This document shows, one piece after another, positions 45,474 through 54,739 of a DNA stretch of 64,000 bases. A program made the translations under genes and the position numbers. Origin of the DNA: an uncultured delta proteobacterium (lineage in GTDB: Bacteria; Desulfobacterota; Binatia; UBA9968); the NCBI GenBank assembly GCA_963816145.1, contig CAWFJP010000018.1:160001-224000 (forward strand), read 5' to 3'. Position 1 is the stretch's first letter; the number at the start of each line of letters is the position of its first letter. The notes beneath the pieces were generated by a model. It made no database searches. It was not told the DNA's origin and worked only from the letters and a program-made list of their open reading frames with translations.

Positions 45474-47579
45474 TTAATTGGGGCGGGTAATACCGAGCTT
45501 TCTCATGCGTGATTGAAGCGTGGTTCGCTTCATGCCCAATCGAGACGCGGCCCCGGTCGGTCCGCCAATCACCCATTTGGTCTCGCCGAGGGCGCGAACA
45601 ATATGCTCGCGCTCCGCGTTCTCGAGGGTCGCGAAACCATTCGAAGGAGCCATGAATGGGCTGTTTGACCGCGATTTCAACTCGGACACGGCAATTTGCA
45701 AGTCTGAACCACGCGACAGAATCACCGCGCGTTCGATATAATTCTCCAGTTCTCGGACGTTGCCGGGCCAATGATAATCCGAGAGCGCTGTCATAGATTT
45801 CAGCGGTATCGTATCGATCGGCTTTTTCATACGCCGGGCGTATTTTTGCGCGAAGTAACGCACAAGGAGGGGAATATCGTCGCGCCGCTCGCGCAACGGT
45901 GGGATCGTCACTGGAAAAACATTAAGACGATAGTACAGGTCTCTACGAAACTGACCTTCCGCTACCTTCTGCATGAGGTCCACATTCGTCGCCGCCACAA
46001 GGCGAACATCGACGTGGAGGGTGCGGCCACTGCCCAAGCGCTCGAATTCCTGCTCCTGCAGAACCCGCAAAAGCTTGGGTTGCAACTCGAGAGGGATATC
46101 GCCGACCTCGTCAAGAAAGAGCGTGCCTCGATGGGCCAGTTCAAATCGGCCGACTCGCTGTGCAATGGCACCGGTGAAAGCGCCCTTTTCATGGCCGAAC
46201 AGCTCGCTTTCCAGAAGCCCGGTCGGAATAGCAGCGCAATTCACCTTAACCAACGTACGATCGCGGCGGCTGCTCAAATGATGAACCGCGCGAGCGATCA
46301 ACTCTTTCCCTGTACCGGTTTCTCCTTGAATCAGTATTGTCGAATCGGTCGGCGCGACCGTTTGGAGCTGATCCAGTATCGTTCTCAACGCCGGGCTGTC
46401 GCCAATAATTTCTTCGAAATTGTATTCGGTACGAATCTCATCTTGCAAATATAGCTTCTCTTCGCTCAGCTTATTAGCCCGATCGACGACCTGGCGAAAC
46501 GCCAGTGAGTTTTCCACGGCAATCGCGATCTGATTGGCGACATGCTGCAGTAGGCGCGCATCTTTCTCCGGAAGCGACTCGTCGGTCAGGCTCGCCACCA
46601 CCAGTGTACCCAACGGCCGGTCATGGGAAATCAAGGGTAGGCAGTAGGCTGACTTGAGGCCCTCGGCGAGTATGCGCTGCGCAATGTCGGAACCGAAGCG
46701 CTCGATGTCGCTGCGATTGATCAGAACCGGCTGGCGGGTTTGTATCGCGCGTCCCGTGGGGGAGCCTTCGACGGGTATGGTCAGTCCCTCCTGGAGCATC
46801 CCCTTGCTCACCGGAAAATCCAGCGCATGAATTTGCAACGTTTGTGATTCCGCATCGTAGAGCGACAAGCTGGCATACTCGTGCGGCACCAGGCGTCGTA
46901 ACGAATCGGAAACGGCCTTGAGCAACTCATGTAAATCGAGCACCGACACAACGGTATTATTGACTTCGAGTAAAAGACTTAAGCGATCCCGTTCCTCTTC
47001 GAGTTGCCGCTGTACCGACTGGGCTTCGGCAAAATTATGCGCGTTATCCACCGCCACGGCGACTTGCCGAGACACCTGCTGCAAAAAGATCACGTCAGCC
47101 TCGGCGTAGGCGGCTTCAACTCTGCTACCAAAAGCGAGCGCCCCCAATCTTCTTAACGCTGTCGTCACTGGCACGACGCAAAGCGACTGCACGCCGCGAT
47201 CGCTCAGCCAGCTCGACAGTTCCGGAAACTTGCTATCCTGAGCCAAACGGGAAACCACCCAGGGTTGCTGCGTCTGCCAAACCCAGCCGCCAGGAGTCTC
47301 CATCGGACATTCGCCGGGAAGACAGGTGTAAGCCGGATCCGGTGTCTCGAGAACATGAGATTTCAAAACCTTACGCTCGGTGTCGTAGAGAATCAGACTG
47401 GCAAAATCGAATTGGACGACGCGATGCAAACGTGGCGCGAGTTCGGTATAAAGCCGGCCTAGGTCGCGGTGCGAAGCGATCGCTTCGGATATCTCAAGAA
47501 GCGCTTGGTATTGGCTGTGTAATAGATCCATCTCTTGTCGCTCGAAATCGGCGTCCTTCACGGTAGAAAGACTATACAT
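45474..47579 (-). CDS. FhlA-like sigma54 enhancer-binding protein (GAF-GAF-AAA+-HTH)
   Basis: Two GAF-like repeats; GETGTGKE, ESELFGHEKGAFTGA, FLDEVG, WPGNVRELEN and GAASRLGMKRTTL motifs. Confidence 0.93.
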   Translation of the reverse strand: MYSLSTVKDADFERQEMDLLHSQYQALLEISEAIASHRDLGRLYTELAPRLHRVVQFDFASLILYDTERKVLKSHVLETPDPAYTCLPGECPMETPGGWVWQTQQPWVVSRLAQDSKFPELSSWLSDRGVQSLCVVPVTTALRRLGALAFGSRVEAAYAEADVIFLQQVSRQVAVAVDNAHNFAEAQSVQRQLEEERDRLSLLLEVNNTVVSVLDLHELLKAVSDSLRRLVPHEYASLSLYDAESQTLQIHALDFPVSKGMLQEGLTIPVEGSPTGRAIQTRQPVLINRSDIERFGSDIAQRILAEGLKSAYCLPLISHDRPLGTLVVASLTDESLPEKDARLLQHVANQIAIAVENSLAFRQVVDRANKLSEEKLYLQDEIRTEYNFEEIIGDSPALRTILDQLQTVAPTDSTILIQGETGTGKELIARAVHHLSSRRDRTLVKVNCAAIPTGLLESELFGHEKGAFTGAIAQRVGRFELAHRGTLFLDEVGDIPLELQPKLLRVLQEQEFERLGSGRTLHVDVRLVAATNVDLMQKVAEGQFRRDLYYRLNVFPVTIPPLRERRDDIPLLVRYFAQKYARRMKKPIDTIPLKSMTALSDYHWPGNVRELENYIERAVILSRGSDLQIAVSELKSRSNSPFMAPSNGFATLENAEREHIVRALGETKWVIGGPTGAASRLGMKRTTLQSRMRKLGITRPN

Positions 47580-47703
47580 CGATGGCTATCCAATCAAGAC
47601 GGGAGCAGACCCCGCGAATCGAGCAAACCGGCAGCCGCCCCGATGTTGAGTGAAGCATTAAATTCAGCAATCAAAAACCCATTCCCGCTGCTATTTTCAC
47701 CCC

Positions 47704-47978
47704 TCACCCGAGCACGCCCTGGGCCTCGTGAACATAGCACCAGGTCCATGCGGCCGGCAGCACCGCGCGTATGACCGGATGTTGGGTTTGCTGACAGTGC
47801 TTGGTCGCGTGCTTGCCGGTCGACGAATCGCAACAGCCGACGTGACCGCAGCTTTGGCATTCGCGCAGCGCCACCCAAAACATGCCCTCAGCCAGACACT
47901 CTTCGCCAGCGTTTACGGTTTTTTGCGGCGGAAAATCTTCACTCGTGAGTCTGCTAAATGTTCACATAGGTCGGTCAT
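47704..47978 (-). pseudogene. UBP-type zinc finger protein, second copy (frameshift near 47950)
   Basis: GGAGG RBS; MTDLCEHL / ...AGEECL...WVALRECQSCGHVGCCDSSTGKHATKH...HPVI...WTWCYVH*; first Cys of the CEEC pair is Gly. Confidence 0.75.
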
Positions 47979-48041
47979 CTGTCCTCCGTTTAAACGAGTA
48001 TCGTTTCGATTTCTCGGTTGCACGCTTGATGCTAAGCCGAT

Positions 48042-49421
48042 CTATTCCAGCGGTTTCATCTCCCCCAGCATGGTCGGAATCAGCTCGGACACGGTCGGGT
48101 GGATATGCATGGCGCGCTGGATCGTCGTATAAGGCGCTTTGGCGTACATCACATCCAGAATCGAATGAATCACCTCATCGCACTCGATTCCCAAGAGCGA
48201 TGCGCCAAGAATTTCTTTAGTCTCCGCGTCGACCAGGACTTTCATGAATCCCTGTGTTTCCCCCTTCTCCACCGCGCGGCCCACCCGCGTCATAGGACGT
48301 TTCCCGAGCAAAGCCTTTCGGCCGGATTTTCTCACTTCCGCCTCGGTCATGCCGGCGCGCCCCAAAGGCGGATCGATGTAGAGCGCGTATGCGGAGAATC
48401 GATCGCTCAGCCGGCGCGGGTCGCTGTCGAGGATATTGGCAGCGACGATTTCGTAATCGTTATACGCGGTATGAGTAAAAGCGCCGCGGCCATTGCAATC
48501 GCCCAGGGCATAGACGCCGGGCACATTCGTTCGCAGTTGGTCATCTACTTGGATGTAGCCGCGCTGATCTACGGTGACGCCGGTATTCTCCAAGCCGAGG
48601 TCGTCGGTATTGGGCACGCGGCCGACAGCTAGCAGCACATGAGTGCCACTGACTGCCTTATCGCCGGCGCTGCAATCGACATTGACAGCGACCTTGGCGT
48701 CACGTTTTTCCAAAGCGATGCATTCAGCGCCGGTTCGAATATTGACACCTTCGGCTTCAAGAATTGAACTGATGGCTTGGGAAACATCGGTATCTTCGCG
48801 TTGAATAAGGCGCGGCGCCATTTCGACGACGGTTACCGCACTGCCAAAACGGCGGTACATCTGGGCAAACTCCAAACCGATGTAGCTGCCGCCAATAACG
48901 ATCAAATGCTCCGGCACGAAATCAACATCCATCATGGTCGAGTTGTTGAAGTATCTCACCTGGTCGAGGCCGGGCAGCTTGGGAGTAGAGGCGCGGCCGC
49001 CGACGTTTATAAAAACTCTTTCTGCTTCGAGAAGGTCATTGCCGACACGGACTCGATGGGCATCGACAAAACGCCCGTGGCCTTCATAGACCGTCACAGT
49101 CTTAGTATTCTTCAGCCACTTCTCGATGCCCTCGTTGGAGCTTCGTACCACCGCATCCTTGCGCGCTTTGACTTTCTTCATGTCAACCGTGATTGGCTGA
49201 TCGATCATCACTCCATATTCACCGGCGCGGCGCGCGATCTGTGCCGCCCTCGCGCTGGCGATTAGCGTCTTGGTGGGAATACAACCAGTGTTGACGCAAG
49301 TACCGCCAAACCGTTTGCGTTCAATGATCGCCACTTTCATGCCCGCGCCGGCCAGCCGAACGGCAAGCGACGGCCCGGCCTGTCCGGTGCCAATGATGAT
49401 TGCGTCATAATGAGTTGCCAT
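48042..49421 (-). CDS. Pyridine nucleotide-disulfide oxidoreductase (RclA/MerA-like, no C-terminal Cys pair)
   Basis: IGTGQAG, GGTCVNTGCIPTK, GGSYIGLE, ALGDCNG and HPTVSE motifs. Confidence 0.9.
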   Translation of the reverse strand: MATHYDAIIIGTGQAGPSLAVRLAGAGMKVAIIERKRFGGTCVNTGCIPTKTLIASARAAQIARRAGEYGVMIDQPITVDMKKVKARKDAVVRSSNEGIEKWLKNTKTVTVYEGHGRFVDAHRVRVGNDLLEAERVFINVGGRASTPKLPGLDQVRYFNNSTMMDVDFVPEHLIVIGGSYIGLEFAQMYRRFGSAVTVVEMAPRLIQREDTDVSQAISSILEAEGVNIRTGAECIALEKRDAKVAVNVDCSAGDKAVSGTHVLLAVGRVPNTDDLGLENTGVTVDQRGYIQVDDQLRTNVPGVYALGDCNGRGAFTHTAYNDYEIVAANILDSDPRRLSDRFSAYALYIDPPLGRAGMTEAEVRKSGRKALLGKRPMTRVGRAVEKGETQGFMKVLVDAETKEILGASLLGIECDEVIHSILDVMYAKAPYTTIQRAMHIHPTVSELIPTMLGEMKPLE

Positions 49422-49651
49422 AAGATTGCCCCCCTCAAATGGTCAAACAGAAGCAATTTCTATAGGATACACCAAACCCTTCAGTCATCATCGACGGCCA
49501 ACACTCCCTCATCTCCGGGACTGACAATCGTTGGAGAAATCTCGGCCGTAGCTTGCTCGCTCAGCCAATGACCCGAGCCCTCCGCTACGGAATCTGTCAC
49601 CTTGTTGACAACTTCCGACTGGAACGACGGGGATGAACATTCTGTTCAACG

Positions 49652-50113
49652 CTACAACCGCGAAACCACCCATAGGCTACCAGCGATCGTCACGACATCT
49701 TCCGCCAATGCGACGTAGAGGTCTCGAATGCCCAACGCTTGCACAAGTCCGGTGCGCACTCTGTAACCCAGGAAGCAGCCGGCCACACCGCCGACGGCGC
49801 CAAGGAGTACGCCGAGAAATATTTCTTGCGCTGCACCGGCGGCAACACAGGCGCCGGTCAACCCGCCCATCACGATGCGCGCGATCAGGCCGGGTGGCGC
49901 CGTGCGGCTCGGTGTCTGCGGCAGCTTGTCGGCCACCAGCTCGACGACGGCGAGCACAGTAAAAATCCCAACGGCGGGAAGCGAGCCGATGAGCGAGAGC
50001 GGGCGCTCTAGTTTCAGCCAACCCAAGTACACGGCCCACGCCGTCGCGGCCGGAGCCGTCAACGCGCGCAATCCGCCAAAGAATCCGATGAAAAAGGCCA
50101 GCAGTAGTGTCAT
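49652..50113 (-). CDS. DUF4126-like membrane protein
   Basis: GLRALTAPA, ELVADKLP.TPSR and ALAEDV motifs. Confidence 0.75.
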   Translation of the reverse strand: MTLLLAFFIGFFGGLRALTAPAATAWAVYLGWLKLERPLSLIGSLPAVGIFTVLAVVELVADKLPQTPSRTAPPGLIARIVMGGLTGACVAAGAAQEIFLGVLLGAVGGVAGCFLGYRVRTGLVQALGIRDLYVALAEDVVTIAGSLWVVSRL

Positions 50114-50153
50114 CGTGTTTTCCTGATCTTTAGATAGTGCGATTGGTTAGGCA

Positions 50154-50591
50154 TCACGTCTTTATCCAGCCGCCGCCCAATCCGGCAAGCAGTTCGTCGG
50201 TTGTTACGATCGCATGCGCGAAATTCGGCCCGTTTAGTTGCGGGGCGAAATCAGGATGCCACTCACCACCCCAGGAGCCTTTTGCGAAGGTCTGCCTTAC
50301 TGTAGGTCTCAATTGACAGGGGCTCGGATGATCCCAGTCCTCGAAGTCGCCGGGCTCCCACCGATGATGTGGGACGATGAAGATCTGAATCTTTGCCGCC
50401 CGTGCCGCCGCAACGACGCTGCTCAAATGCTTGAGCAGATTTTCTTCCACGGCGATGGCTTTGACCATGGACCAAAGCTTGCCGCCTTCGCTCAGGAAGC
50501 CATTGTAAGAATCGACAAGCAGCAGACCAGTTCGGTCGGCGGTATAGCCGGTCGTGGAAATTATGTTGTTTGCCCCCCGTCGACTCTGCAC
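50154..50591 (-). pseudogene. Isochorismatase-family cysteine hydrolase remnant (internal deletion)
   Basis: TGLLLVDSYNGFLSEGGK...GSWGGEWHPDFAPQ joins directly to NGPNFAHAIVTT; the catalytic Lys/Cys region is missing. Confidence 0.7.
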
Positions 50592-50638
50592 CGAAGCTTA
50601 GCGAACATGCCGAGCCGCCGGATCGCTTGGATTCCATA

Positions 50639-51259
50639 CTACAATTCCTCATACAGCCATCGTTTCACCAGCCGTGTATAGTGCGGCATGATTACAAAGG
50701 TGAGCAATGCCGTGAGCGATGCCGCGATCGTAAATCCCTTGACGAGTTGATCATTCAGAGGCGGCGGCAACCGGCTAAACAGCGGACCGAGTACTAGGGG
50801 CAGAATCAAAGTCAACGGATAAACTGCGCTAAGGGTGAGGAGGAATTGTTTCCAACGCTTTGGTGGTTTTACGCCTTCGGGCGTGAACCAGAAGTCTATT
50901 CCGGTCCTGATCTCATGCTGATCGCCTTCTTCCAGCAGGTCGCGCACACTATTGATAAAAGTTCGGCGCACGCTCGATTCAGCCCATGCATTGAGATGTC
51001 CGTGGGAGTCAAAACGCACGATGGTCGTGTATTTATTGCCGCCATGGGCCGGACGAAAAATCTCCCTGCCAAGATAACCGGGGGAACTGCTAACCGCGCG
51101 TAGAATATCTCCAAGCCAAACTTCGTAGCGCTGCGCCTCTCCAGCCTTGATGACATGGGTAATAATGAATGCGACCGTTGCATTTTCGCCAACCGTGTTG
51201 CGGTCGGGCCCGTTCAGCGCGATAGCGTCGTTAGTTAGAGGATCCATATTCGTGACCAT
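50639..51259 (-). CDS. Antibiotic biosynthesis monooxygenase-domain membrane protein
   Basis: ABM-like N-terminus (PGYLG, IVRFDS..HL.AW.ES); PKRWKQFLLT followed by 2 TM. Confidence 0.8.
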   Translation of the reverse strand: MVTNMDPLTNDAIALNGPDRNTVGENATVAFIITHVIKAGEAQRYEVWLGDILRAVSSSPGYLGREIFRPAHGGNKYTTIVRFDSHGHLNAWAESSVRRTFINSVRDLLEEGDQHEIRTGIDFWFTPEGVKPPKRWKQFLLTLSAVYPLTLILPLVLGPLFSRLPPPLNDQLVKGFTIAASLTALLTFVIMPHYTRLVKRWLYEEL

Positions 51260-53116
51260 TCAAAATGCAAAACAATCACAGCCCGGACTCCAGAGTCCAG
51301 ATTCACCGATCAGCCATCGGTGCGCTTTAGCCCCGACAGGATCACGTGGCAACTCTCCTATCGAGTGAGAAGCATCCGCAGTCTCCCGAGGCGCTTGTTT
51401 TTCCGGCGATCGGTGATAGCCGCCAAATTGCTTTGCCGGCGACCATCCGGGACTAACCGGAAGCGGCGGCGGCGCTAGTTGGGAGAACTCCTTCGCCCCG
51501 TATACGATGTTACCGCCAACAATCGTCAGCATCGATTCAAGCTGTTTGATTTCTACTTCAGGAATGGAAAAATAATCCCCGGACAGCACGGCTAAATCGG
51601 CCCATTGGCCGGGCGCAATCGAGCCTTTCTTGCCTTCGTCGCTAGAGAACCAACTGCTGCCCACCGTATATAGCCGGAGCGCTTCCATGCGTTCGAGACG
51701 GTTGTTTTCCGGATAAAGCGCGGTCCCTCCGACGGTCTTGCCCGTGACGAGCCAATACAGTGCGACGAAAGGATTGTAACTCGCGACACGGGTTGCGTCG
51801 GTGCCGGCACCGACAGGAACGCCCAGATCCAACATCCGCCGAATCGGTGGCGTCCGCTCAGCTTGCTTGGCGCCGTAGCGGTCAACGAAATATTCGCCTT
51901 GATACGCCATCCGGTGCTGCACGGCGATGCCGCCGCCTAGCGCTTTGATTCTCTCGATGTTGCGGTCGGAAATTGTCTCGCAATGATCGAAAAACCAGTG
52001 CAAGCCCGCGAATGGAATATCTCGATTGACGTCTTCATAGACGTTGAGCGCGCGTGCGATGGTTTCGTCGTAGGTCGCGTGCAGACGGAACGGCCAACGG
52101 TTTTCGACGAGGTGGTGGATCACCGCTTTGAGCTCGGATTCCATCACGGGCGACATGTCTGGGCGGGGTTCGAGGAAGTCTTCGAAATCCGCCGCCGAAT
52201 AGACCAGCATCTCGCCGGCGCCGTTCACCCGGTAAAAATCGTCGCCAACGCCCGGCTTCGTCAACTGCGTCCATTGGCGAAAGTCCGCCAACTCCTCCTT
52301 CGGCTTCTGGGTGAAGAGATTGTAAGCCAACCGCAAGGTCATCTCGCCGCGTTTGTGCAGTTCATCGATGACCGCGTAGTCATCGGGATAATTCTGAAAG
52401 CCGCCACCGGCGTCGATGGCGCTGGTGACACCGAAGCGATTGAGCTCGCGCATGAAGTGGCGCGTCGAATTGATCTGATCTTCGCGCGCTAACTTTGGCC
52501 CCTTAGCGAGCGTAGAATACAAAATGCTCGCGTTCGGCCTGGCGATCAGCAACCCCGTCGGATTGCCTTGCTTGTCTCGCTGGATTTCACCGCCCACTGG
52601 CGCCGGCGTGTCTTTGGTATAGCCGACCGCGCGCAACGCCGCGCTGTTCAACAAGGCGCGGTCATACAAATGCAGAACGAAAACCGGTGTGTCGGGCGCA
52701 GCTCGATTGATCTCGTCCAAGGTCGGCATGCGCCGCTCGGCAAATTGAAACTCGGTCCAGCCGCCGACCACGCGCACCCACTGCGGCGGCGGCGTGCGCG
52801 CCGCTTGCTCCTTCAGCAAGCGCAGCGCATCCGCCAGGGACGGCACGCCGTCCCAGCGCAATTCCATGTTGTAGTTCAGCCCGCCGCGGATCGGATGCAT
52901 GTGGGAATCGTTAAGGCCTGGAATCACGGTCCGGCGGCCGAGATCGACCACCTCGGTCTTCGAGCCTCGTAGACCCATGATTTCCTGATCCGAGCCGGCA
53001 GCGAGAAATCGACCCCCGCCGATGGCAACGGCCTGTGCGAAAGCGCAAGCGGCGTCTACGGTGGCGATGCGACCGTTGGTCAATATCAAATCCGCCTCGA
53101 CATGCTTTTCAGCCAT
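51260..53116 (-). CDS. YtcJ-like metal-dependent amidohydrolase (Amidohydro_3)
   Basis: PGLNDSHMH, RLHAT, DHCET, GAGTDA and GQWADLAVL motifs; ends GCDCFAF. Confidence 0.92.
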   Translation of the reverse strand: MAEKHVEADLILTNGRIATVDAACAFAQAVAIGGGRFLAAGSDQEIMGLRGSKTEVVDLGRRTVIPGLNDSHMHPIRGGLNYNMELRWDGVPSLADALRLLKEQAARTPPPQWVRVVGGWTEFQFAERRMPTLDEINRAAPDTPVFVLHLYDRALLNSAALRAVGYTKDTPAPVGGEIQRDKQGNPTGLLIARPNASILYSTLAKGPKLAREDQINSTRHFMRELNRFGVTSAIDAGGGFQNYPDDYAVIDELHKRGEMTLRLAYNLFTQKPKEELADFRQWTQLTKPGVGDDFYRVNGAGEMLVYSAADFEDFLEPRPDMSPVMESELKAVIHHLVENRWPFRLHATYDETIARALNVYEDVNRDIPFAGLHWFFDHCETISDRNIERIKALGGGIAVQHRMAYQGEYFVDRYGAKQAERTPPIRRMLDLGVPVGAGTDATRVASYNPFVALYWLVTGKTVGGTALYPENNRLERMEALRLYTVGSSWFSSDEGKKGSIAPGQWADLAVLSGDYFSIPEVEIKQLESMLTIVGGNIVYGAKEFSQLAPPPLPVSPGWSPAKQFGGYHRSPEKQAPRETADASHSIGELPRDPVGAKAHRWLIGESGLWSPGCDCFAF

Positions 53117-53155
53117 AGTGGATCCTCCGCATCGAAACAGCGGATGCTTACGGAA

Positions 53156-53857
53156 TTACTTATGCGCGGGCGCCGGCACGACGTATTCGGGAAATTTCGT
53201 CGGCGCTGCACCGTGCACCATTGTATAGGCATACTCCACGCCGACTCCGTAGGCGCCGCAATGATTTTTCACGATGTCCATGATCGCATCGTAGGTATCT
53301 TTCAAAGCCCAGTCGCGCTGCCACTCGAGCATCACCGAGAGCGCAGTCACGGGTTTGGCGCCGGCTTGAATCACGCGTTTCATCGCGTTGTCGTGCGAAA
53401 GCTGACTTACGTCGCCGCAGCAATCTTCGACGACATAAATTTCATAACCGTCGTGGATTGCCTGGATCGTCGGCAACGCCACGCAGGTCTCGGTCCACAG
53501 GCCGGACAGAACAATCTTCTTCTTGCCGCTCCTTTCTATTGCCGCGACGAAGTTCGCGTCGTCCCAAGAATTCATCGAGGAACGCTCGATGGGCGATTGA
53601 TTCGGAAATATAGCCTGGATCTGCGGCCACATATTGCCGCTGAAGCTCTTGGTCTCGACCGTGCTGAGGACGACCGGAACGTCGAACACCTTTGCGGCTT
53701 TCAACAGCGCGACGTTATTGTTGATGATCGCCTGGCGATCGAAGTTGGCGACGCCAAACAACATCTGCGGTTGCAGATCGATAATCGCGACGACACAGTT
53801 GTCCGGCGTCAGCAGACCTTTCTCGCTGCGCTTCGCACGATCATTATTTTGAGCCAT
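53156..53857 (-). CDS. YcaC-like isochorismatase-family hydrolase
   Basis: IDLQPQM, ERSSMNSW, GLWTETCV and LEWQRDW motifs. Confidence 0.9.
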   Translation of the reverse strand: MAQNNDRAKRSEKGLLTPDNCVVAIIDLQPQMLFGVANFDRQAIINNNVALLKAAKVFDVPVVLSTVETKSFSGNMWPQIQAIFPNQSPIERSSMNSWDDANFVAAIERSGKKKIVLSGLWTETCVALPTIQAIHDGYEIYVVEDCCGDVSQLSHDNAMKRVIQAGAKPVTALSVMLEWQRDWALKDTYDAIMDIVKNHCGAYGVGVEYAYTMVHGAAPTKFPEYVVPAPAHK

Positions 53858-53974
53858 GATTTTCTCCTCCGTCAAATTAGATAACGCTATTAAAATCGCA
53901 GATTTTGAATCATCTTTGCTGCTGGTACATTCTTCGAAAATGCTCCATCTTCGAAGCTTGGCCTGAGCAATCGT

Positions 53975-54376
53975 TCAGCCTTTCGATAACGCGTGCGCCA
54001 GCAGCGCGGTGTCGGTGAAAGCACGCATTCGTTGGAGATAGCCCTCGCGAACTGTCCAGACATGGGCAAAAGGCACATCGACGGGCACACCGCCTTTTCG
54101 TGTCTTTCCCTGGATGCGACCGAGCGCGACGACCTCGTCGTCCTGGGCGATGAATTCTTCGGCGACGAAATGAACGTCGAGAGCTTTATAGAAGCTGCTG
54201 AGAAAGCGCTCGAGCACGTCTTGAAGACCGACGAAATGGCCGCAGCCAACGGGCATGCCTTCCGGCATGTCGTAGACGACGTGCGGTGCCTGGAGCCCGC
54301 GCAGCGACTCCCGGTGGCCGGGGACTGTAGCTTCGTAGAAGGCGCGAACGCGCTTGGTGTTTTCTTCTTCAATCAT
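53975..54376 (-). CDS. SnoaL/NTF2-like protein
   Basis: VRAFYEA, EEFIAQDDEVVALG, PFAHVWTV and FTDTA motifs. Confidence 0.85.
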   Translation of the reverse strand: MIEEENTKRVRAFYEATVPGHRESLRGLQAPHVVYDMPEGMPVGCGHFVGLQDVLERFLSSFYKALDVHFVAEEFIAQDDEVVALGRIQGKTRKGGVPVDVPFAHVWTVREGYLQRMRAFTDTALLAHALSKG

Positions 54377-54456
54377 GTTTTCTTGCTCCGTTCCGATAGG
54401 TGTCGTCTCTTGCTCACGTCGAATTTCGCCGCCGTCGCCGGCAAACGTTTCTTGAT

Positions 54457-54726
54457 TCAATATTCCGCAACGGCATCGTCGGGATAACAGTACAACCAAC
54501 GTTCCCCTGGCTCCGCCGATGCGATCACCGGGTGTTTGCTGGCACGCGCGTGCTTGGTCGCGTGGCGATTGGGAGAATCGTCGCAACAATGGGTGGCGCC
54601 GCATTCTTGACAGATGCGCAGATGAACCCAATCCGCGCCGATTTTCACACATTCATCGCACTGACGATGTTTGGCGTGTTTGACGGTCGCGACAGCCTCG
54701 ATATGCGCGCAGGTTGCCTCAGCCAT
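54457..54726 (-). CDS. UBP-type zinc finger protein
   Basis: AGGAGG RBS; CAH...CDEC...HLRICQECGATHCCDDSPNRHATKH...WLYCY. Confidence 0.88.
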   Translation of the reverse strand: MAEATCAHIEAVATVKHAKHRQCDECVKIGADWVHLRICQECGATHCCDDSPNRHATKHARASKHPVIASAEPGERWLYCYPDDAVAEY

Positions 54727-54739
54727 CATCAATTTCCTC

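Noticed and set aside
49510-49620. Possible alpha/beta-hydrolase C-terminal remnant (GSGHWLSEQ) on the minus strand
   Set aside because: Too short and degenerate to support as a feature without a search.
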